From assembly GCA_963709585.1 (NCBI GenBank), contig CAVPXI010000016.1, positions 64,001-128,000 of the forward strand: a DNA stretch of 64,000 nucleotides, read 5' to 3'. Position numbers and translations under genes: made by a program. Source of the DNA: Candidatus Dormiibacterota bacterium. GTDB taxonomy: Bacteria > Chloroflexota > Dormibacteria > Aeolococcales > Aeolococcaceae. The notes beneath the pieces were generated by a model. It did not search any database and had not been told where the DNA came from. It saw nothing but the letters and a program-made list of their open reading frames with translations. Shown here piece by piece: positions 50,369 to 60,901 of this stretch; positions within the stretch are counted from its first letter, which is position 1; the number at the start of each line of letters is the position of its first letter.

Positions 50369-52168
50369 TCAGACGTCGAGGTGTCTTCGCAGAAAAGCGA
50401 GCATCCGGGGCGCAGCATCGAGCCGGTTGGCGCGCTTGGCAAGCCCGTGCCCCTCGTCGTCATAGATCAGCAATTCGCCGGCGATCCCGCGGGCGAGCAG
50501 CGACGCGTGCAATTGCCGCGCCTCGCCCACAGGCACGCGCGGGTCGTTCGCACCGTGAATCAGCATCAGGGGCGCGCGGATGTCGTCGACGTGGGTCATC
50601 GGCGACGCTTCGATGAGAAAGTCGCGGTCGGTGTCGAGAAATCCGTACTCGACCTCGCGGATCCGGCGCCGGTACGGCGAGGTGTTCTCGAGGAATGTCA
50701 CCAGGCTGCTGATCCCGACGGTCGCGATGCCTGCCGCCCACAGGTCAGGATAAAAGGCCAGCGCGGCGAGGGTCATATAGCCACCGTACGATCCGCCGAT
50801 CACGGCGGCGCGGGTGCCGTCGACACCGCGGTCGGGGAGCGACGCGTGCACCGCGGTGAGGTCTCCAACGGAGTCGAGTCGCAGCCTGCGATCGTCGAGT
50901 GAGACGAACCGGCGTCCCCAGCCCGCTGAGCCACGAACATTCGGCGCTACCACGGCGATGCCCTCGGCGACCAACCGAATGATGAAGGGATCGTACCGAG
51001 GCGCGAAGCGTGCCTCCGGGCCTCCGTGTACCACCACCACCACGGGGGGATTCGCGACCGGCGGTCGGTAGAGGAAGTAGGTGATGCGCTCACCGTCAAA
51101 TGAAGCGATCGTGTGCAGCTCGGGCGTGACCAGCGCTGGCGAGACGATCTGGTCGACCGGCAGCAGCCGCACCGGCGAGCCGCCGTCAACGGTGTCGATG
51201 CGCAGCGGAATCAGCGGCGTCGCGGTGGTCGTGTAGGTCAACAATGCCGTCGTGCCATCGGCGGAGAGCGACGGCCGCGGCACAAGTGGGAGCCCGAAGC
51301 CGGTGCCGGCTTCGGGCAGCTCGAGGTCGCGTATGTGGGCGAGGGTCTCCCCGTCATGGAGTTGGAGGCGAGTGATCGCGTCTTCGGCATGGACGACGAG
51401 CGCCGTACGGCCGTCGCCGCTCAGACTTGCCTCGCTCTCCCAGGTGGTGCTCAGCACGTAGTGCCAGGACGCCGTTCTCACGTCGTAGCGAGCGATCGAC
51501 ACGACGTCTTGACCAGCATCGGTGCTGAACAGGAATCCCGATGAGTCGGGATACCACGTTGGGGCGACGGAGGTTCCCGGCCCGGTGCGGTCCACCACGG
51601 TGCGCACCTCGGTGGTCTTCAGGTCGACGAGCAGCAGGTCGTCGCTGATCGCGAATGCGCCGTCAAGGCGCACCACCGTGAGCCAGCGGGCGTCGGGGGA
51701 GAAGCACTCGACGCGGTTCCAACCACCCTCGACGACGCTCCGGATCGTGCCATCCTCGCGGTCGAGCACGTAGACGTCGATGTCGACACCGTTTCGCTTC
51801 GTCGAGCAGAATGCGATGAGCTTCCCATCGCGACTGACGTCACCGAGATCGTGCTTGATGTTCTCTTCGACAACAAGCGCGCGCGGCTCGCCGCCGTTGA
51901 GGTTCACCAGCCAGAGCTGGTAGTTCTCGTTGCCGCCACGATCGACAGCAACGACGATGTCGTCGGCGCCCGGAATGTAGCGTGCGGCGGCGACAGGCTC
52001 GTCGAGGAAGGTCAGTTGGGTGAGGTCGCCGCCGTCAGCGGGCAGGCGATACACCTGCATGCTGCCGGTGTCGTCGCAGCGCACGAGGAGCTCGGCGCCA
52101 TCCGGGGCGATATCGGCGATGACTGCACTGCGCGCCGCCAGCAGGCGCGAGAGGAGCTCGTCGACCAC
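50369..52168 (-). CDS. S9 family (prolyl oligopeptidase/acylaminoacyl) peptidase
   Basis: Beta-propeller N-terminus, HGGPE, GGSYGG, NDPRV, DEGHG. Confidence 0.92.
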   Translation of the reverse strand: MVDELLSRLLAARSAVIADIAPDGAELLVRCDDTGSMQVYRLPADGGDLTQLTFLDEPVAAARYIPGADDIVVAVDRGGNENYQLWLVNLNGGEPRALVVEENIKHDLGDVSRDGKLIAFCSTKRNGVDIDVYVLDREDGTIRSVVEGGWNRVECFSPDARWLTVVRLDGAFAISDDLLLVDLKTTEVRTVVDRTGPGTSVAPTWYPDSSGFLFSTDAGQDVVSIARYDVRTASWHYVLSTTWESEASLSGDGRTALVVHAEDAITRLQLHDGETLAHIRDLELPEAGTGFGLPLVPRPSLSADGTTALLTYTTTATPLIPLRIDTVDGGSPVRLLPVDQIVSPALVTPELHTIASFDGERITYFLYRPPVANPPVVVVVHGGPEARFAPRYDPFIIRLVAEGIAVVAPNVRGSAGWGRRFVSLDDRRLRLDSVGDLTAVHASLPDRGVDGTRAAVIGGSYGGYMTLAALAFYPDLWAAGIATVGISSLVTFLENTSPYRRRIREVEYGFLDTDRDFLIEASPMTHVDDIRAPLMLIHGANDPRVPVGEARQLHASLLARGIAGELLIYDDEGHGLAKRANRLDAAPRMLAFLRRHLDV

Positions 52169-52194
52169 GCCGTCATCTTCGCACCTGCCAGGAT

Positions 52195-52959
52195 GTGTTC
52201 GTGGACAGGGTGCGCAGACCGATCACGATCGTCACCGGGGCCGGCAGGGGCATCGGCGCCGCGACCGCGCTCCACCTTGCTCAGATCGGTCACGACGTCA
52301 CCGTGAATTACCGGCAGGATCGCGCCGCGGCGGATCGTGTCGTTGCGATGGCCGAGGCATCCGGTGCTCGAGCAATCGCGGTCCAGGCCGACGTCACGCA
52401 AGAAGACGACGTCGCTCGGCTGTTCGCGACGACCCGCGAGAGCCTCGGAGCGGCGGAGTGCCTGGTCAACAACGCGGGCGCGACACTCCATATTGGTGAC
52501 CTCGCCGACACCCCGGTGGCAACGATCAGGTCGGTCATCGACGTCAACCTCCTCAGCGTGATTCTCTGTGCACGTCGCGCCGCCCTGCTGATGTCCACCA
52601 GCCGCGGCGGTGGCGGGGGCGCCATCGTGAACGTCTCCTCGGCGGCAGCGACCTTGGGCAGCGCGCACGAGTACGTTCACTACGCGGCCGCGAAGGCCGG
52701 CGTCGACGCCCTGACCATCGGGCTCGCGAAGGAGCTTGCCGACGACGGTATCCGGGTCAATGCGGTGGCTCCCGGCGTTGCCCGCACCGACATCCACGGC
52801 GCTGCCGGCGCCCCCGATCGGGCCGAGCTGGCCGCCGCCAGAATTCCGATGGGGCGCGCCGCGGGTGCGCACGAAATCGCCGTCGCCATTGCGTGGTTGC
52901 TCGGGCCCGAGGCGACCTATGTCACCGGCGCGATCCTGCGCGTGTCCGGCGGCCTGTAG
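52195..52959 (+). CDS. Short-chain dehydrogenase/reductase
   Basis: TGAGRGIG, NNAG, YAAAK. Confidence 0.92.
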   Translation: MFVDRVRRPITIVTGAGRGIGAATALHLAQIGHDVTVNYRQDRAAADRVVAMAEASGARAIAVQADVTQEDDVARLFATTRESLGAAECLVNNAGATLHIGDLADTPVATIRSVIDVNLLSVILCARRAALLMSTSRGGGGGAIVNVSSAAATLGSAHEYVHYAAAKAGVDALTIGLAKELADDGIRVNAVAPGVARTDIHGAAGAPDRAELAAARIPMGRAAGAHEIAVAIAWLLGPEATYVTGAILRVSGGL

Positions 52960-53030
52960 CGAAGTGAGCTCGTTGACGGCCTCGCGTTGAGACAGGAAGA
53001 GCGCCGCCGAAACGCAGTAGTCTTGCCGCC

Positions 53031-54389
53031 GTGAAAATCGCGCCACGCCAGCTCGCCGATGCGGCAGAGATCGCCCGTCGCTGGATTCGCTATCAGGCGA
53101 TGCTCTGGGACGTTCCGGGAATCTCGTTCGGGATCAGCCATGACGCGCGCGTGGTGCTGCTGGATGCCAAGGGCACCGCGGACGTGGCGTCCGGGCGCCG
53201 CGCCACGCCGGAGGCGACCAGCTATCGCTGCGCGTCGATCACCAAGACGATGACCGCTACGCTTGTGATGCAGCAGGTTGAAGCTGGCAGGATGCGCCTC
53301 GACGAGCCGATTGCTTCGTATCTGGGTTGGACGCTCCGGCTGCCGCACGCGAGGGAGATCACCCTGCGCCATCTGCTCATTCACGGCGGCGGCGTGATTC
53401 GTGACGGCTCGAATTGCTGGGGTGACGATGACTTCCCAGATCGAGACACCGTGCACAGGGAACTGCGGCGGCAACTCACGTTCGCCGAGCCCGCGACGAC
53501 CTTCCGCTACTCGAACCTCGCATATGTGCTTCTCGGCGAGGCACTCGAGGCGGTGACCGGGAGGCCCTTCGAGGCGATCCTGCAACGGAATGTGCTGCGA
53601 CCGCTGGGGCTGAAAGGAAGCGCTCCATCGGTGACGCCGCCCGTCCGAAGGACGCTCGCCACCGGCTATTACCATCGTCGTCCCGGCGAGGAGCCACATC
53701 CGGCGCGACACCCCGACGCGCGCGCCTTCGGGCCCGCGGGAGGCCTCGTCTCGACGGTGCCGGACCTTCTCAGCTATCAGCATGCCCATTTCCCTGGAGC
53801 AGGCGATCTCGTGTCGGACCTCTCACGGCGTGAGATGCAGCGCACTCAGTGGCAGCGACGTGAAGAACCGAATCACGGACTCGGCTGGATGATCTGGCAC
53901 GTCGACGGCGTTGACATCCGCGGTCACAGCGGCGGGTTTCCCGGGTTCACCACCAAGATCGGGTTCTCGCCGGAGTGGGGCCTTGCCGCGGCGGTCCTCA
54001 GCAACATCAACGGTCCGGTGCCGAGCCTCGCGCTCGACATGGTCTTCCACAGTGCGGCCTGGGTGGTGCGGCGATGGGATGATGCCTCCAAGACGGCGCA
54101 TGGACATTCGCGTGCGAGCCTCGGCCGCTTCGCCGGCCACTACCGCGGCGACATCGACGAGATCACGATCGCGCGCATCAATCGTTCGCTGTATCTGATC
54201 GATCCCGAGATGGTGATGCCGCTGGCGTCAGCCGCACGATTGCGGCCGGACGGTGCGCGGCGTTTCACCATCGTCGAGGGCGACGACTACGGCCACTTCG
54301 GGGAAGAGGTGAAGTTCGCGGTGGACCGGGCAGGGCATGCCACGGCAATGCAATATGGGCCCCACACCCTCCATCCAGCGGATGTCTAG
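53031..54389 (+). CDS. Serine hydrolase, beta-lactamase class C/PBP-like
   Basis: SxxK (SITK), YSN, HSG motifs. Confidence 0.88.
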   Translation: MKIAPRQLADAAEIARRWIRYQAMLWDVPGISFGISHDARVVLLDAKGTADVASGRRATPEATSYRCASITKTMTATLVMQQVEAGRMRLDEPIASYLGWTLRLPHAREITLRHLLIHGGGVIRDGSNCWGDDDFPDRDTVHRELRRQLTFAEPATTFRYSNLAYVLLGEALEAVTGRPFEAILQRNVLRPLGLKGSAPSVTPPVRRTLATGYYHRRPGEEPHPARHPDARAFGPAGGLVSTVPDLLSYQHAHFPGAGDLVSDLSRREMQRTQWQRREEPNHGLGWMIWHVDGVDIRGHSGGFPGFTTKIGFSPEWGLAAAVLSNINGPVPSLALDMVFHSAAWVVRRWDDASKTAHGHSRASLGRFAGHYRGDIDEITIARINRSLYLIDPEMVMPLASAARLRPDGARRFTIVEGDDYGHFGEEVKFAVDRAGHATAMQYGPHTLHPADV

Positions 54390-56743
54390 GAGGTCGTTCG
54401 ATCCGCCGCGATGACGAGGTCGTGTAGAAGCTGAAGCCGGCTCTCGCGGTCGCGAACGAACCGTCCGATGCCCTCGAGAAGGTATGCCGTGGTCAGGTGC
54501 GCCTCGTCCATGACCTCGTCGACCGAGCCACCGGTGCGCCACCGGTTGTCCCAGTCGGCACCCATCGAATACTCCGCACCCAGCGGCCCGTCGACCCAGT
54601 CACGCATGAGCTTGACGGTCCGATTGGTGATCGCCATCGCATCGAGCCGGTCGGCGGGAGCGATCACGCTGTCGCGATACGAGGCGGGTTGCCTGCGAAA
54701 CAGCTGCGGGCTGAGGGCGGCGACGACCTTCACGTTGAGGCCAAGACTGTCAAGATCAGGTAGCGCCTTGACGAGGTTCGCGGTCGTCGTCGTCCCCTGC
54801 ACGAACACCGTCCCCATCGGGCGGAGGTCGGTCCGGAAATGCCGGAGCACGTAGGCGCCGCGTGCCGCCTCGAAATGACTCGGCATGCCGAGCGCCTCGC
54901 GGTCGGGTAGCTCGATCGCCGGTCGCGTGAGATGGAGCGCGATGATCGGCACATCGGTGGCGAGCGCGGCGGCGAGCACCACGGGTACCTCGTTGTACTC
55001 CCACGGGTGCAGGTCGATGACCTTGCCCTCGGGAAACAGTTGGGTAACCCCGGGCTCGTAGATCCCGAAGTGAGTTCGCGAGTCCTCGGCGGTCTCCGGG
55101 CCCGAGTGACCGGCCACCCAGAGCACCTTGCCGACCTTCAGCTCGCAATCCTGGGCGAGCTGACTGAATAGCCGCATCTCACCGTATTTGAGATAGCTGA
55201 ACGAACCGTAGGTCGAGCACGCGCCCCAGAAACCGTTGAACGACGTGAACGGCTCGGACGACAGGTTCACCGACGCGAGCCCGACGATCATGCCTGCGTT
55301 GGTGAACTCGGTGATCTCGGTGGGGAGCAGCGCGCCGCCTGGATTCGAATCGCGTTCGTACCATCCGTATCCGGGCATGTCGCCGAAATCCTTGCTGAAG
55401 CCGGAGAGGTTCGTCGAATCGGCGAGGTCTGCTGACGCTGCGATGAAGAGCGGACGCCCGTAGTCCTGTCTCGCCATCGCGTTCACCCACGAGCTCCACG
55501 CGCCGAATGCCGTGCGGTTCGCCTGCTTCTCGCCCGGCTTCTTGTAGAGCGCAGCCGGATAGCTCCGGAAATCGGTCAGGCGCGGATCGCTGAAGACGTC
55601 TGCGCCATGACCGCCCACTCTGAGCCCGTCGACCTGCTCGGGTACCTGCGCAGCCAGCTCGATGAGGCGGTTCGAGATCGCATCGACAACCTCTGCGTGA
55701 TCCGCGAGCACGCCTGCCGCGCGGCGCAGGTTCTCCGCCGCCTGCTCATGGAGGGCACCGGGATCCGAGGGGGCAGGCTCGTCGACACCGGCATAGCTCG
55801 CCCCGTACTTCGCCATGAACGCCTTGCGCAGCTCCCAGAACGGCGCACTGTTCATGGCGTGTGGGGAGCCGTGATTCTTGTTGTCGTATTTGCCGTAGCC
55901 GCGTCCTTTTCGGGTTCGGAACCAGGCGACCGACGGCACCCGGTCGGGATTCTCGCCGCACGCCACCTCGAGGATCGCCCTGGTCACCGGCGACCACTCC
56001 GAGCCGTCCATGGTCCCCGCCACCCGCCAGTTGTAGGATCCGAACCAGGTTGCGGGTGTTCCCGGAACGACCGATGACGCAGCGAAATCGTCGATGCCGA
56101 AGTCGTTCCAGTCGAGGAGGAAGATGAGGTTCGCGAGGCCGAGACCCCAGGCGGCATTGCGCGTCTCGTGGCTCGCCCCGGCGGTCAGGCCGCCCTCACC
56201 CTCGACAACGAAGACCCGCACATCGCCCGCCCCGGCAAGCTTCAGGGCGAGGGCCTCGCCGGCAGAGGGAGGCATCCCGTGGCCGGACGGACCGGTGTTG
56301 AACTTGAGGAACAGGGTCTTACCCGCCATCTCGGGGTGGCCCGGAAGACCGCCGCGGTGGCGCAGCGTGGTCAGGTGCTCGGGGAGCAGGGCCCAGCGCC
56401 CGTCCTCGGGCAGGGTGAAGGCAGGATTCGGGTCGCGTGCGCCCCGCAGGCGGAGCGTCTCATTGAGCGCGGCGAGCGTGGCGTAGACGACTGGAACCGT
56501 GTGTCCCGCGGAGAGCACGAATCGGTCCGCGAAGGGAAGCCACGGACGGCGGATGTCCCAACGCATCGCACCCGACAGCATGGTCGCGAGCAGCAGATGG
56601 ACCTTGGAGCGTGATCCACCTGGGTGCCCGCTCTGGCGGTAGTTCAGGGCGAGGTCGATGAACTCGTCGACGACGTCCTTGACCACCTCCCACACCGGGA
56701 AGGACGCCTCCGCGTCCGCGTATAGGCGTTCGGAAGTCTCCAC
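54386..56743 (-). CDS. tkt: Divergent transketolase
   Basis: SGHPGGS, SAGH, LPGHPE, NTGPSGHG, GEG...DWN ThDP motif, SADLADS, HSGPETAEDSRTH. Confidence 0.8.
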   Translation of the reverse strand: METSERLYADAEASFPVWEVVKDVVDEFIDLALNYRQSGHPGGSRSKVHLLLATMLSGAMRWDIRRPWLPFADRFVLSAGHTVPVVYATLAALNETLRLRGARDPNPAFTLPEDGRWALLPEHLTTLRHRGGLPGHPEMAGKTLFLKFNTGPSGHGMPPSAGEALALKLAGAGDVRVFVVEGEGGLTAGASHETRNAAWGLGLANLIFLLDWNDFGIDDFAASSVVPGTPATWFGSYNWRVAGTMDGSEWSPVTRAILEVACGENPDRVPSVAWFRTRKGRGYGKYDNKNHGSPHAMNSAPFWELRKAFMAKYGASYAGVDEPAPSDPGALHEQAAENLRRAAGVLADHAEVVDAISNRLIELAAQVPEQVDGLRVGGHGADVFSDPRLTDFRSYPAALYKKPGEKQANRTAFGAWSSWVNAMARQDYGRPLFIAASADLADSTNLSGFSKDFGDMPGYGWYERDSNPGGALLPTEITEFTNAGMIVGLASVNLSSEPFTSFNGFWGACSTYGSFSYLKYGEMRLFSQLAQDCELKVGKVLWVAGHSGPETAEDSRTHFGIYEPGVTQLFPEGKVIDLHPWEYNEVPVVLAAALATDVPIIALHLTRPAIELPDREALGMPSHFEAARGAYVLRHFRTDLRPMGTVFVQGTTTTANLVKALPDLDSLGLNVKVVAALSPQLFRRQPASYRDSVIAPADRLDAMAITNRTVKLMRDWVDGPLGAEYSMGADWDNRWRTGGSVDEVMDEAHLTTAYLLEGIGRFVRDRESRLQLLHDLVIAADRTTS

Positions 56744-56775
56744 GCTTGTGCACAATAGCCGTCCAGGAGAACCGC

Positions 56776-57993
56776 ATGACGACGACCGTCCCCGTCGAAA
56801 TCCAGGACGCGATCCATCAAGCGACCAGTGCGTGCGCCGATGAGTTGATCGCCACCTCGCGCGCGATTCATGCGCTCGCCGAGATCGGCTTCGAGGAGGT
56901 CGAGTCGTCGCGTCTGCTCAGCGGCGTCATCGAGCAGCACGGCTTCCGCGTCGAGCGCGGCGTGTCGGGGATGCCGACGGCGTTCGTGGCACGGCACGGA
57001 AATGCCGGCCCCCATGTTGCTTTTGTCTGCGAGTACGACGCGCTCCGCGGCCTCGGCCACGCATGCGGACACAACCTCATCGCCACGTCGTCGGCGGGTG
57101 CCGGCATCGCGCTTGCCCGCTCGCTGGAGGCTCGTGGTGTCGCCGCCCGCGTGACCATCGTTGGCGCGCCCGCCGAGGAAGGTGGTGGCGGCAAGATTCC
57201 TCTCTGCCACGACGGAATGTTCGACGACTGCGACGCCGTGCTCATCTTTCACCCGTCGGACCGAACCGCATCGACGCAGTACGCGCTGGCGTGCACTCAC
57301 TGGGAGTGGACGTTCCGTGGCAAGGCGGCTCACGCGGCGGGACATCCGGACCATGGGATCAATGCGCTGGACGCGTTCGTGCACGCGTACAACGGTGTTT
57401 CGCTCTGGCGCCAGCAACTGCGCGACGACGCGCGGGTTCACGGATTCATCGTCGAGGGGGGCACGGCTCCGAACATCATCCCGGAGCTCACCCGTGGCGA
57501 ATTTCTGACGCGTGCGCGCGACGGCGACTACCTGCGCAGCATGAACATCCGTTTCCGAGCGATCTTCCAGGCGGCCGCGCAGGCAACCGGCTGCGAACTG
57601 CAGCTCGACGAGAAGGAGACCTACCTCGACCTCCGTTCGAACCCGGTCCTCGCCGAGCGCGCCAGCCTGCACCTCGCCGCCGTGGGGCTCACCGAGGATC
57701 GCGTCATCCCATGGGAGCGCACCGGCTCGACCGACGTCGGCGACGTCTCGTATGCGGCGCCGACCCTCCACCCTGAATTCGCGATCGCTGACGAGGGCAT
57801 CGGCCCGCATACGCACGCCTTTCGCGAAGCTGCGCTGTCACCGCGCGGCGAGGCCGCGATGCTGAAGGCCGCCGAGGTGCTGGGCAGGATCGGCGCCGAT
57901 GTGATCTTCGACCCGGATGTCCGCCGCGGCGTGCGCGACGCGTTTCTCGCCCAGGCGCAGCACCGTGCGCAATGGGCCGGTACGGAGGCGTAG
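56776..57993 (+). CDS. M20 family amidohydrolase (Acy1L2/AbgB-like)
   Basis: EYDAL, HACGHN, PAEEGGGGK, GSTDVGDVS. Confidence 0.9.
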   Translation: MTTTVPVEIQDAIHQATSACADELIATSRAIHALAEIGFEEVESSRLLSGVIEQHGFRVERGVSGMPTAFVARHGNAGPHVAFVCEYDALRGLGHACGHNLIATSSAGAGIALARSLEARGVAARVTIVGAPAEEGGGGKIPLCHDGMFDDCDAVLIFHPSDRTASTQYALACTHWEWTFRGKAAHAAGHPDHGINALDAFVHAYNGVSLWRQQLRDDARVHGFIVEGGTAPNIIPELTRGEFLTRARDGDYLRSMNIRFRAIFQAAAQATGCELQLDEKETYLDLRSNPVLAERASLHLAAVGLTEDRVIPWERTGSTDVGDVSYAAPTLHPEFAIADEGIGPHTHAFREAALSPRGEAAMLKAAEVLGRIGADVIFDPDVRRGVRDAFLAQAQHRAQWAGTEA

Positions 57994-58046
57994 CCGGGGA
58001 GCGGAGCGACGACCCCCGCACCGCACTTCCCCGGGGGATGCACTGG

Positions 58047-59066
58047 TCAGGAGGGCGCTTCGGGTTTGCGAGCCCGGCTCGGTGCGACGCGCGACGGTTC
58101 CCCGGGCATCTTCGGGTACTGGGGCGGCCACGGCGCGTCGACCTGTCCCGCGGCAGTGTCGCGCTCGTGGAGCGCGAGCACCGGTTCGAGCGACTGTGGT
58201 GCAGCCGACATCGGCTGCCACGGGTCACCGTTTCGGGAAACACGAGGCGGCACCGTCACGATGGTGAGCGCATCGGGTGTGATCGCATCCAGCTCATCCC
58301 ACGAGAAGGGGGTCGAGACCTGCGCCCCGGGACGCGCGCGTACCGACCAGGCGCCGAAAATCGTCTTGTGCGGCGCATTCTGGTTGAAGTCGACGAAGAC
58401 TCGGCGTCCTCGTTCCTCCTTCCACCAGGCGCCGGTGATGAGATCGGGGCGGCGGCGCTCGAGCTCCCGGGCGACGGCCACCGCCGACGAACGCACCTCG
58501 TACGAGGTCCAGCGCGGTTGCAAGCGGACGTACACGTGGATGCCGCGGTTGCCGGTCGTCTTGGGAAGACACGCCACCCCAAGCTCGTCGAACAGCGCGC
58601 GAACCTCACGTGCCGCCTTCTGCACCATCGGGAACACAACGCCAGGGCTCGGGTCGAGGTCGATCCGGAGCTCGTCGGCGTGCTCGGGGTCCGATGCCTG
58701 CGACGGCCAGACGTGGAATCCAAGGCATCCGAGGTTGACCGCCCAGAGCACGTGAGCCAGGTCGGCCGCAACCAGGGCGCGAGACGTGGTCCCGTTGGGC
58801 GTGGTGACGATGGTGGTCTCGAGCCAGTCGGGACGGGAGTCCGGGACGCGCTTCTGAAAGAAAGACGGCCCGCTCGCCCCGTTGGGGAAACGCTGGAGCA
58901 GCACCGGGCGCCCACCCATGGCACGGAGCAACGGCTCCTCGACCGCCTGGTAGTAGCGGACAAGGTCAAGCTTGGTCTCGCCCCGCTCGTTGAAATAGAC
59001 CTTGCCGGGGTTGGTGATCGGGATCTCGCGACCACCCGCTTCGACCATGACGACGTCATCAGCCAT
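58047..59066 (-). CDS. Stand-alone LigD-type primase-polymerase (Prim-PolC-like)
   Basis: ITNPGKVYF, RFPNG, ELRIDLDP, KTTGNRGIH, VFVDFNQN. Confidence 0.88.
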   Translation of the reverse strand: MADDVVMVEAGGREIPITNPGKVYFNERGETKLDLVRYYQAVEEPLLRAMGGRPVLLQRFPNGASGPSFFQKRVPDSRPDWLETTIVTTPNGTTSRALVAADLAHVLWAVNLGCLGFHVWPSQASDPEHADELRIDLDPSPGVVFPMVQKAAREVRALFDELGVACLPKTTGNRGIHVYVRLQPRWTSYEVRSSAVAVARELERRRPDLITGAWWKEERGRRVFVDFNQNAPHKTIFGAWSVRARPGAQVSTPFSWDELDAITPDALTIVTVPPRVSRNGDPWQPMSAAPQSLEPVLALHERDTAAGQVDAPWPPQYPKMPGEPSRVAPSRARKPEAPS

Positions 59067-59074
59067 CGGGTCGC

Positions 59075-60052
59075 TCAGTTGGTCGGGCTCACGCCGTCGC
59101 GACGTTTGACCGCGAGCGCTGAGATCGCCTCGAGAATGCACCGATGCGCGTTTTGCGAGGTCAACTCCGCCCAGTCATAGGGCGGTGCCACCTCGACCAC
59201 ATCCACCGCCACCACGTCTGTACGCAGAACGATCTGGCGGATGGCGCGGAACAGATCGACCGGTTGCATGCCGCCGGGTTCTGGCGTCCCGGTTCCGGGT
59301 GCGAACCCAGGATCGAGCACGTCGATGTCGACAGAGAGATAGATGTGATCCGGTCCGTCGAGCGCTTCGTCGATGGCGTCCTCGATGACGGGCGCCACCC
59401 CGCGATCGCGGAGTTCGCCCATGAGATGCCAGCGCATCCCCTGCGCTCGCATCCAGTCGAACACGTCCTTCGGGGGCCAGTACCCGCGCAGCCCGACCTG
59501 AACGAAATTGCGCCCCGGAATCGCACCCGATTCGATGAGACGGCGCATCGGCGAACCGTGTGAGTACAGGTTCCCCCAGACGTTGTTTCCGGTGTCCGCG
59601 TGCGCGTCGAAATGGACCATGCCAACGCTTCCGGGGGGATGCGCCGCCGCCACGGCGGTCGCCGACGGCCAGGTGATCGAGTGGTCACCACCGATGACCA
59701 TCGGGACGATGTTCCGCGTCACGACGTCACCGACATGCTGCCGGATGTCCGCGTGCGAGACCTCGGCCATGCCCGGCAGGCATCGCGCGTCGCCGTAGTC
59801 GATGACCCGAAGCACCTCGAGGGGCGCGATCTCGAGCTCGAGATGCCACTCAGCGCTCTGATAGGACGCGGTGCGGACGGCACGCGGGCCGAAGCGCGCC
59901 CCTGGCCGGTAGGTGACCCCTCCGTCCCACGGAGCGCCGATGACGGCGACGTCCGGGCGCACCTCGTCGAGCTGATGGGTGCTCGTCAGCAGGGGAACGC
60001 GGCAGAACGTCGTCGGGCCCAGGTAGGCAGGCCCGTCGTCATACCGTTGCAC
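59075..60052 (-). CDS. speB: Agmatinase / ureohydrolase
   Basis: GARFGP, GGDHS, HFDAHAD, SVDIDVLDP, PGTGTPEPGG. Confidence 0.85.
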   Translation of the reverse strand: MQRYDDGPAYLGPTTFCRVPLLTSTHQLDEVRPDVAVIGAPWDGGVTYRPGARFGPRAVRTASYQSAEWHLELEIAPLEVLRVIDYGDARCLPGMAEVSHADIRQHVGDVVTRNIVPMVIGGDHSITWPSATAVAAAHPPGSVGMVHFDAHADTGNNVWGNLYSHGSPMRRLIESGAIPGRNFVQVGLRGYWPPKDVFDWMRAQGMRWHLMGELRDRGVAPVIEDAIDEALDGPDHIYLSVDIDVLDPGFAPGTGTPEPGGMQPVDLFRAIRQIVLRTDVVAVDVVEVAPPYDWAELTSQNAHRCILEAISALAVKRRDGVSPTN

Positions 60053-60124
60053 GGCGCGAAGACTATCGCGTCCGTCGCCGGGGTGCGAGGTGCCGTTCGG
60101 CTGCTGACGTTCCCCGCGTGCAGA

Positions 60125-60901
60125 TCAGAGAGCTCGCTGATAGGCGCGGAATGACCGAACTGCGAGGAGCCCGAACACGACCGCGAGCGCCGCGAGGCCA
60201 CCGAGCCTGGTCAGCACGATCGACCAGTCCACATTGGCGAGGATGCTCTGCCGCCCGGCCTCGACGGCCCAGTTGACCGGGTTGAAACGGGCAACGGTCT
60301 GAATCCACTCGGGCATCAGGGCCTGCGGCAGGAACACAGAGGATATGAAGCACAGCGGCAGAACGAGCATCACGTTCGCCGCAATGACGGTGTTCTGGTC
60401 GCGCAGCCGCAGTGCCAGGGTGTTGGAAAAGCAGGCCATCACCAGGCCGAGCAGCACGGCGGCGGCGACGAGCGCAAGCACGCTCAGGCCTCCACCGGCG
60501 AACCGCGCCCCGCCAAGCAGTGCCAGCCCGACAAGGATCACCGACTGGACGACGGTGAGAGTCGCCCAGTATCCGAGTTGCCCGATGAGAAAAGAGCTGC
60601 GCCGGGCCGGCGTGGAGAGAAGCCGGTCGAGCACGCCGCGCTCCATATCCGTGAGATACAGCGTCCCGCTCCATCCGTTCGAGAGGAGGGCGCTCATCAC
60701 CAGCACACCGGGCGCGAGATAGTCGATGTACGAGACGCCCGCGAAACCGGGCAGCGTGGCGACGTTCTTGAACAGCTGTCCGAAGAGAAACAACCAGATC
60801 ACCGGCTGGACGAGTTGCATCACGACGTACAGCGGCTGGCGCCAGAGTGCACGCAGATAGCGGACGGCCATGTGCGTCGGTTGCATGACGAGCGTGCTCA
60901 T
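60125..60901 (-). CDS. ABC-2 type exporter permease
   Basis: QPVIWLFLFG, DMERGVLDRLLSTP, MPEWIQTVARFNP. Confidence 0.9.
   Translation of the reverse strand: MSTLVMQPTHMAVRYLRALWRQPLYVVMQLVQPVIWLFLFGQLFKNVATLPGFAGVSYIDYLAPGVLVMSALLSNGWSGTLYLTDMERGVLDRLLSTPARRSSFLIGQLGYWATLTVVQSVILVGLALLGGARFAGGGLSVLALVAAAVLLGLVMACFSNTLALRLRDQNTVIAANVMLVLPLCFISSVFLPQALMPEWIQTVARFNPVNWAVEAGRQSILANVDWSIVLTRLGGLAALAVVFGLLAVRSFRAYQRAL

Noticed and set aside
53031-54389. Antibiotic-resistance beta-lactamase
   Set aside because: No signal peptide; this family is mostly esterases/peptidases, so resistance cannot be claimed
58047-59066. Complete NHEJ system
   Set aside because: Only a stand-alone polymerase domain; no Ku or ligase in the window
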